DNA of 64,000 nucleotides from Eledone cirrhosa. Lineage: Eukaryota. Positions 56,221-64,000 of the stretch are shown in pieces. Every line of letters begins with the position of its first letter. Positions within the stretch are counted from its first letter, which is position 1. A program made the translations under genes and the position numbers. The stretch covers positions 179,862,001 through 179,926,000 of the forward strand of contig OZ024743.1 in the NCBI GenBank assembly GCA_964016885.1, read 5' to 3'. A model generated the notes under the pieces. The model did no database searches. It was not told where the DNA came from and worked only from the letters and a program-made list of their open reading frames with translations.

Positions 56221-59200
56221 GCGACCTAAGTAGGAAATCGTATTATACATTCATTTCCCGCCATTACCAATGACTGCAGGTGTTGAAACCGCTACCACCG
56301 CCACCACCACAGCGACAACAGAAACAAAAGAAAAAAATAAATTATTATCTCGTGACATCGAAATGCATTCACCCAGAATGGACTCTTCACACCGAACACC
56401 ACTGACGCCACCACCACCACAACTGAAATAAAAATAACAATAACAGCAACAGCAACAAAAACAATGAGAATAACACCGTGTCAGTAGCCAAAGCAACCAA
56501 AAAATGCGAAACAATCCAGGTAACTCAGGAGGAATTAGATGAAGCCAAGAGAAAGGTAAAGAAAGATGGGTACAGGGTCAGCCACACCCCCCACCAAATA
56601 AAATTTAGCATCGGCGCCTATGCACCGTGTCTTATCGGATGATTAACATAAAATCGCGCCGAGGGGAACGGGCATCCGAGTCCTAAATCCAGAGAGCACT
56701 CCATGACCCCGTTAAGAAGCGACGACTTCACACTCGTCCCAAGCTATTGTGGCCAGAGACTCGTAAAGATCAGGGTGACTCACGTTCCACCGACCATCGG
56801 AATTCCCTGGCTAATGGCTGCCGTCCTCGCCGGGATCGAGGCCAACACCAAAATAATAGAAATAGCAAAAGAAAATTAGGAGAACTGGTCCGGATCTGGG
56901 ATGGAGCTCCTAATCCAAGCGGACCAAAAAAGCATTGAGGAGATCCCAGAGGTAATAGACCTCACTGACGGCAGCAATCTCACCGTAATCGTCGAGGGTA
57001 GAAGGCCTAGGTGTGTTGTTTGTGGTGAAGGAATCCACCTAAGATCTTTCTGCCCTCACGCTAAAAAGATGAGGCCACCTCTCTTACCCACCCCAGTGAC
57101 TCAACTATCAACACCACCAGCAGCAGAACTGGCAGCAACAACTGTAGCAGCAACAGCAAAAGCAACTGTAGCAGAAACAACCCCAGCAACAGTAGCAAAG
57201 CCAACACCACCATCACCCAATGCGCCAGAACTAGCACCAGCGCCTACACCATCCACCACGCCACAACCAAAAACCAACGCCAGTGGAGGATTTTCCCCTC
57301 CCCGGCCTATCGCAACTGAAGACAGATTGTGACGACGAGGAGTGGGAAACGGTATCAGGAAAAATAAAAAATAAATAGAAGCCAAAAAAAAATCTTCTTC
57401 CTTCCCCCTCCAAAAGCAAAATACAGAAGGAAACAAATAAACTATCAAACAAAAAAGTTAGGACAGCTATGCCACCATCCACACCAGCATCACCACCAGA
57501 AACACCAACACCATCAACATCATTAACTCCAACACCACCATCACCAACACCAGAAAAGTCACCAAAAAGCGAAACAGAAACAAACCCACAACAAAAGCAA
57601 ACAAAACAAAACAACCAAAAAGATACACACTACACAGCATTAAATTTGAACAACAACCAATTATTACACTACATGCAACACAACACCAGCATCACAAAAA
57701 AAAGACTACACAACAACCCAAAAGTTCACACCCCCTCCACACATACAAATCACTCGCATCCCACAGAAAACGTACGCGACACTAAAACAAAAGTTCCCTA
57801 AAGACATCGGAGACTTCCGACAAGCACTCTCCAGGAGGATTTATAAGGACATCCTTCCGGAGGAGGCCACAAGCAGTGAAAAGGATGGAGAAACCATCCT
57901 CCCTCTACGAGAAGTAAGGTAAGCGGTCTTTCCCATCTTTTCCATTCCATTTCAACATGACCTCACTCAGAATAGGCAGCATAAATGCGCGTGGCTTGGG
58001 GTCGTCATGGAACCAGGACCACCTGCTCAACGACCTCAGGTCACTAAACATAGATGTAGTGGCCATCAGCGAGACCAGAATCTCCGAAGCACGGGCCTTC
58101 GCACCGATCTTCAGCGGTTACGATGTGTACGCATCTCCCAGCCGTCCTGAATGGGGGGGGGGGTTGCTGGTCACGTCCAGCACCACTAGCTTACCTTCTG
58201 GACCCAGAAGGTAAGTTGGTGGTACTGGACGTGACCAGGGGAGACGGGCAAGCTTTCAGGATAGTGGCTGTCTATGCCCCGACAGGAGCAGGGCGGCCTG
58301 ATTTCTTCCGGCGTCTGGAAACCTTTCTTGGAATGTCCCGCTCTTTAGTGTTAGTGGCCGACTGGAACGGGATCTTAGATGCACGCTGGGACTATGTGGA
58401 TTAGCGGATAGGGGAGGAGGGTGCAAGAGCCTCACCAACCTGCTCAGGCGTTTTGAACTGTCTAACGGGTACCGATTAGATTTCCCAAATGTGCCAATGT
58501 GGACTTGGACAAACCGTATCGGGTCATCCAGATCATATCTAAATCGAGTATTTTGTAGGGAAATAGATAGGTCTAGCATAGGCTGTCCACAATTCAAGAT
58601 AGTCAGCTACACGGACCACAAATTCGTGATCTGTGTGCTTGATTTAGATAGGCTTCATAGACGAGGATCCGGCTACTGGAAGCTAAACGCATCCTTACCA
58701 GCGCGCAAAGCCTACAGAAACCGGATTAGCGAAATAGTTAGGCGGGCGTTGACGGGGAATATCGCCAACAACAAGTGGTGGTTGCTCTGAAAAGAGCGAT
58801 TAGAACAGAGTCCATTAGGTTTAGTAAGGCTTTGGCAATAGAGAAAATAGAGTAGAGGGAGAACTTGTTAGAAAATTAGACTAGGCGCTTAGCAAAGGCA
58901 TCGCGACGGACGTACATGCGGCGAGATTGGCCCTTGACCAATTCTTCAATGCAAAGTACGAAGGCTGCGTTGTCAGAGCTAGGGTGCGTGCTCTTAGACA
59001 CGAGGGGAGGAAAGCCGTTCAACGGGCCCAAGTTGCAGAGGTGCGTCGTGGCAACAAAACCACGATCTGGTCTTTGGTGGACCACGACGGGCGCATGCTA
59101 CTCGATCCCGGGCAAATGTGTGAAATCTTTTCATCAACGCTTCGCTCAGCTGTTCGGGGACAGCGGCGGGCCGGATCGAGGGATGGACTTTAGTGTCTAC

Positions 59201-61579
59201 CTCGACGACCTGCCGCGGCCCTGGGCCACTGAGGCGGAGTGTTGCGAAAAGCCGATAACAGCCGCTGAAGTACGGGAGGCAATAACTGGCTGCACAAGGG
59301 GTAAATCGCCTGGTTTGGATGGTCTGCCCTATGAAATTTACGTACAGATGCCAGACGTATTCGGAGGCCTCTTCGCGGACGTCTATTGCAGCTGGCAACA
59401 GAACGGGAGAATTCCGAGCTCTGTGAGCCGAGGAGCTGTGACGCTGCTGAGAAAGGATCCGAACAAGGGGAATAACATAGATAATTTCAGGCCCATAACC
59501 CTGCTAAACACAGATTTCAAGATTTTGGCCAAGGTGCTAGCAAAGAGGTTGGCGCTTGTCGTTGGTGGTCTGGTGGGAGAGGCGAGGACATGCGCCATTC
59601 CCGACAGATCCATCCACGACAACCTCCACCTCATGCGATACATCGTGGAGTAGGTAGCTAGGGAACCTGGCACGGGTGGGTCCTTGATCAATTTAGATCA
59701 GTCGAAAACTTTCGATAGGGTCGACCATCGTTACCTAGCGGCAGTCCTGAGGGCTGCTGGCTTTGGGCCCGTCTTCAGAGGCTCGATGGCTGCCATGCAG
59801 AGCGACATCTGTTCTGTGGTGAGAGTGAACGGTCACCTTTCGGAACCGTTCAACATCATGCGCTCTGTCCGGCAAGGATGTCCCCTCTCGACCCTCTTTT
59901 ACGTATTGACTCTCGAGCCATTACTGCACAAACTGAAGACGTTGAGGGGGTCCCACGCGAACTAGGATGCGGAAGATCCGTGTCAGCATATGCGGTCTAT
60001 GTCACCGTAGTAGTGTCGAACGCCAAACACATCGAGGCGATCAGCACTACACTAAGAGAATACGAAGCGGTGACAGGAGCAATGATCAACCAGGAAAAGT
60101 TAGTGGGCCTGCAGCTCGGCACCTGGACGGACGACCGGTTAAATTGCTAGAGGTCTGGTTCGGTCCGGACCTCCAGATGGACAAAAACTGGGACGAGGTG
60201 ACGAGCAGGGTGGCTTCTCTCATCCAGAAATGGGCGGAGAGGAAGCTATCCCTGAAAGGTCGAACGGAGGTGGCTAACGCGTACATCGCGTCCGTCATCT
60301 ACTACCGCCTGACCGTCGTACCTTGTCTTAAACCCCACCTGACTGCGCTGGAGCTTTTGCTCTTTCGCTATTTGTAGAAGGGACGTGCTCCGATGGTCAG
60401 GCGGTCCATCTGCTGTCAACACCCGCTACATGGCGGGCTGGGCATGCCGTGGCTGATGATGCGCAGACACGGCCTCAGGCTACGACATCTCCACCTCTTC
60501 CTCGACGGTGATCAGGTGTGGTCGCCGTTTGCTAGACGCGTCTCTCCCCAGCTCGTATCCTTGACGGAGCTGCAGTCCTGGGTCAAGCGAAGACCGAGAG
60601 GGAGCGCTTGGAGACTGGAATGTCTTCAGGCGCTCACAGCCCTCGACCAATCGGGCAATGTCATCGGTGGAAACTCCACCTTGGCGTTCTATAGAGGATT
60701 AGTGGAGGGGAAGAGCGACGACGTACTTGGGGAAACTCTAGGCGTCGACGAAAATCAACTAGCCAATCTCTTCGGAATAACTTTCGGGCCGGGGCTTATG
60801 AACAACTTCCAGAAATCCCTTGCCTGGCAGTGCTACCGAGGAGCTTTGCTAGTTCGTGATAAACTCTACAGCATGGAGGTGCCGTCAGCCAGGCATGTCC
60901 GAGATGTGCGCAGGGCGACGAAACAGTCCTGCACGCACTCGTCCAGTGTCCCAGCATTGCTGACTTGTGGGTTTATGTCGAACACCTACTGTCGCGTGTC
61001 GGACGGATCCGGCTATCAGCTGAGTCTATCGTGAGGATTTCCCCGCTCTCTTCCTTTAGCCGAGAAGGGCAGGCAGTTTTTATCTCTTAGGTGGCCCTGG
61101 CGAAAGAGATAGTATGGTGGACACGTTTGAAAGGGCTGAAGACGAGCACTTACCCCTTCGGTGATGCCCTGATTAACTTTTTCAAATTTCATTTGAAAAG
61201 GAAAATCAGGCTAGAGAGGGAAGTGCTCTCTTGCCAGCATTTTGTTGAAAGATGGGTGAGAGAAGCAAGTATGGCCCGAGTGAATGGACCTACTCCGAGT
61301 ATGTGTCTGTAAATTAAAGGTGGAAAACTGGGAGAGGGCACTTGCCCTGGTGGTCAGGGTCACTGTGGCCTTTTAATGGGCTTTCTCCACAAATGTCCCT
61401 CGGAAGTCTCCCCCCTATTGTGGAATTTTTCATTATTATTTTTTTGCTACATCCTCTGTTTTTTTTTTTTACACGCAGAAATGCCCATTTGTACCGTCCT
61501 GTATTGTCCTGTACTGTCCTTAATGTCTACTTTATGTAAACCTTTGTGGTTAATAAAGAAAGCATTATTATTATTATTA
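56221..61579 (+). mobile_element. Full-span but decayed Tx1/L1-clade LINE: ORF1 with CCHC knuckle; ORF2 with APE, RT and Zn finger
   Basis: RPRCVVCGEGIHLRSFCP (CX2CX4HX4C, ~57000); ORF2 starts 57957 MTSLRIGSINARGL..VVAISET; AVYAP; YTDH; GYWKLN; KSPGLDGLPYE; NFRPITLLNTDFKILAK; DQSKTFDRVDH; SVRQGCPLS; CPRC..ETVLHALVQC (~60895); AATAAA and (TTA)n tail; preceded by (TTA)~12; many stops and frameshifts. Confidence 0.9.
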
Positions 61580-61599
61580 GTAGTAGTACCACTAATGAA

Positions 61600-61650
61600 C
61601 TGTGTAATTGCTGGCCTTGTGCCAAAAAGGAGAAACAATTATTATTACTA
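61600..61650 (+). mobile_element. 3' end fragment of an S1 SINE
   Basis: gtaattgctggccttgtgccaaaaaggagaaacaattattatta. Confidence 0.75.
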
Positions 61651-62157
61651 TTCCATTAAAAGCACATACATCAGTTGAGTTTCACATCAGTTGATCGTTA
61701 ATTGAGTAACTTTATCATTCATCACTTAATTTATTAACCGGGTTGTTTTATAACTTGTTGTTTGTCAACTGCCAAAGCTCTTTCATCACATACACTTCTC
61801 AATGACTATTTTGCTACTCTGTGTTTTCTCTTTTTTATCTTGTTAAATTTACTCAATCTGGTCCTTATGAAATCTATATATTGCCTGTGCTTGCGTGTGT
61901 GATTGTGTCTATGGGTGTCTATGTGTGCCCGTGTGTCTGAAACGTTCTGTGCTGTTACTACCATGTATATTTGACTTTTATTTTTTTTTCACCATGCTTT
62001 TGTGCGTTTGTGAGTGCGTGTCTCGCCCGTCCTTTGTTAGTTTTTATTCTATATTTCATATTATATGGAGGGTGTATCTATCTGTGTCACCTTTTATATT
62101 TGTCCTTGTGTGTCCTTATAATGTTCTCAATCTCCTAGCCATGGGTTTGTTGTTATT

Positions 62158-62476
62158 TCATTCATGCTTTCTATTGAGTTTAGGTTTACATCCAGTCATA
62201 TGTGTGGCTTCCTTGATAAGTATGAGCATTGTATCTGATCGGTGTGTTGATATATATTTATTTCAATGTTTTCTAGTAAACCCCCAGGTGTTCTCGTCTG
62301 TGCTCTTTCGTCCTGTCTCCTATAGTGTGAGACTTTTCAGTTATATATAGTGTTGTCCTATTTCTAAATCGTCCCCTTGTCCATCTTATGCTATAAACTA
62401 CATTTCTATTTTTATACTTTATCTGTGGGCTTACTTTACAGACAATACAGTTTCTATCAGTATACGGGGATTTCAT
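62158..62476 (-). pseudogene. Decayed GIY-YIG endonuclease C-terminus of a Penelope-like element
   Basis: Track ORF NCIVCK..NRNVVYSI..LYITEKSHTIGDRTKEH fits CxxC..NVVYxI..YIGETxRxxxxRxxEH; further downstream, after a stop, reads LIKEATHMTGCKPKLNRKHE* (EAxxI...PxLN motif), stop at 62158-62160. Confidence 0.72.
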
Positions 62477-62847
62477 AAAAGGGTAAGTTCTGCTGCCCGG
62501 GACTTTTATGGGAATTCCTTACTTTTTATGCGTTGATATTAATTTTAATTCATCTAAAGCCCCTTTAAGTCTATAAGCTTGTTCAGCTCAGGAGGTGGCA
62601 TTGACGAACATCCCAGTCCGGTATTTTTCTTGTCATACCACGAGTTGAAATGTATTCCCTCTATCCTTTTACATGGTGTAATCGACTGCCCGGAGCCCTG
62701 GAAATGTTTTCCCTATATTCTATTTAATAAGGATCGATGGGATCCCAGACTTCATTGAAGTGGAACTCGTCAAATCGGACCAAGGAATGAATATTTCCAT
62801 TGGTTTTTCCTATTGCTAATACTATCTAGTGGTCACTACTTCTAGCA

Positions 62848-62968
62848 TAGAGAGCAACGTGAAATTAAATGTCTTCTCAAGAACATAACGTAACGCCCGG
62901 TTCGGGAATCGAATTCATAATCTCACATTTGCGAATCCAATTCTCCAGCCACTAAGCCACGTTCCTTC
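62848..62968 (-). mobile_element. 5' part of an S2 (tRNA-CORE) SINE
   Basis: Reverse complement: gtggcttagtggctggagaattgg..gaattcgattcccgaaccggg..gttcttgagaagacatttaatttcacgttgctct. Confidence 0.68.
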
Positions 62969-63214
62969 TAACCGCTATAGTAATTAATATTACTGAGAAA
63001 AACTGTAGTGAAGGACATATAACTTGTGAGAGTATCTTGAAGCGATGTAACATTCCCAGTTTAAAAACAACATTTATCACTTTAATGTCATTTGAAAGAA
63101 TATTACATATAATGCAGAAGCAAAAATATCACAACTTCCCAGTTCACAGCTCATAAATCAATGGTTATTTTGAAACAAATCTCCCTCAAATGATATCCTA
63201 ACTTCGTCAAGATA

Positions 63215-63387
63215 AAAAAGTATATGTTTATTAAGGTAGTCATCTCTATGGATTTACTACTTACTGCTGTAAGAATGAAAGGCAAATCTAAGCACGGCCG
63301 GATTTGGATACAGAACGTAAAGGGTCGTAACTCTATGACAGGAAGCATGCTGTACCACGCTCTACCGATAATGCCAATCAACCGCCC
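63215..63387 (-). mobile_element. Degenerate S1 SINE
   Basis: gtaagaatgaaaggcaaa...ggatttggatacagaacgtaaagggtcgtaactctatg...ctctaccgataatgccaatcaaccgccc. Confidence 0.72.
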
Positions 63388-63523
63388 TTTGCCCTTTATG
63401 ACAGTAATACAAATTATCTACTTTTCTCTATTCAACGTTTTCAGTTCAGTTAGTAATACTATAAGTGAAATATATGTTACTTTTTACATACATCGGTATT
63501 CTTTTGACTGTTTGTTAACCTGA

Positions 63524-63526
<3 letters not shown>

Positions 63527-63559
<33 letters not shown>

Positions 63560-63605
63560 TAAAATATATATATATAGAGAGAGAGAGAGGTAGAGAGAGA
63601 GAGAG

Positions 63606-63643
<38 letters not shown>

Positions 63644-63805
63644 GACGCCGACGGCTGAGCTCCAGCCGTTTCGACAGCTGGATACGTCGGGGTGCTGACG
63701 CTTTTTATATTACCCACTCTACTACCCTAAGTATTGAGTACTCTGGTGCCTTATGGTCCACCTGATATCCTACCTCACCCGCTTTGTTATATATATATGT
63801 ATGTT

Positions 63806-63851
<46 letters not shown>

Positions 63852-63924
63852 ATACATATATATACATATATATGCATATATATATATGTGTGTGTTTGTC
63901 TATATATACGTATATATGTATAGT

Positions 63925-63957
<33 letters not shown>

Positions 63958-63959
63958 GT

Positions 63960-63993
<34 letters not shown>

Positions 63994-64000
63994 ATAACAA
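63527..64000. repeat. (TA)n/(GA)n microsatellites enclosing a ~150-bp structured island (63640-63788)
   Basis: Directly visible. Confidence 0.9.

Noticed and set aside
57957-61312. Functional Tx1 ORF2 or intact Dong ORFs as CDS
   Set aside because: All copies have multiple stops, frameshifts or damaged catalytic motifs.

Overview
Eukaryotic, AT-rich, repeat-dominated DNA with no recognisable host gene. The SINE types, long (TA)n fields and LINE clades suggest a mollusc, probably an octopod cephalopod (inference from recall, not a search). Contents: (1) two mirror-image clusters (1-8.3 kb and 51.5-61.7 kb) of decayed non-LTR retrotransposons, namely R4/Dong-type (RT + restriction-like endonuclease), Tx1/L1-type (gag knuckle + APE + RT) and a tRNA-derived SINE, all inserted into (AAT)n/(ATT)n with a consistent polarity; (2) a (TA)n-rich zone (9.5-20.6 kb) holding several non-coding tandem and inverted repeat families that carry hammerhead-ribozyme (HHR) motifs, the best being a 316-bp tandem unit with a variant U3-A8 core and a long covarying stem I (Penelope pLTR / retrozyme-like); (3) a ~16.7-kb G/T-rich ~47-48-bp satellite with a ~5.6-kb higher-order duplication; (4) a decayed Penelope GIY-YIG remnant, MITE-like fold-backs and many microsatellites. 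Most long ORFs in the supplied track are low-complexity artefacts.
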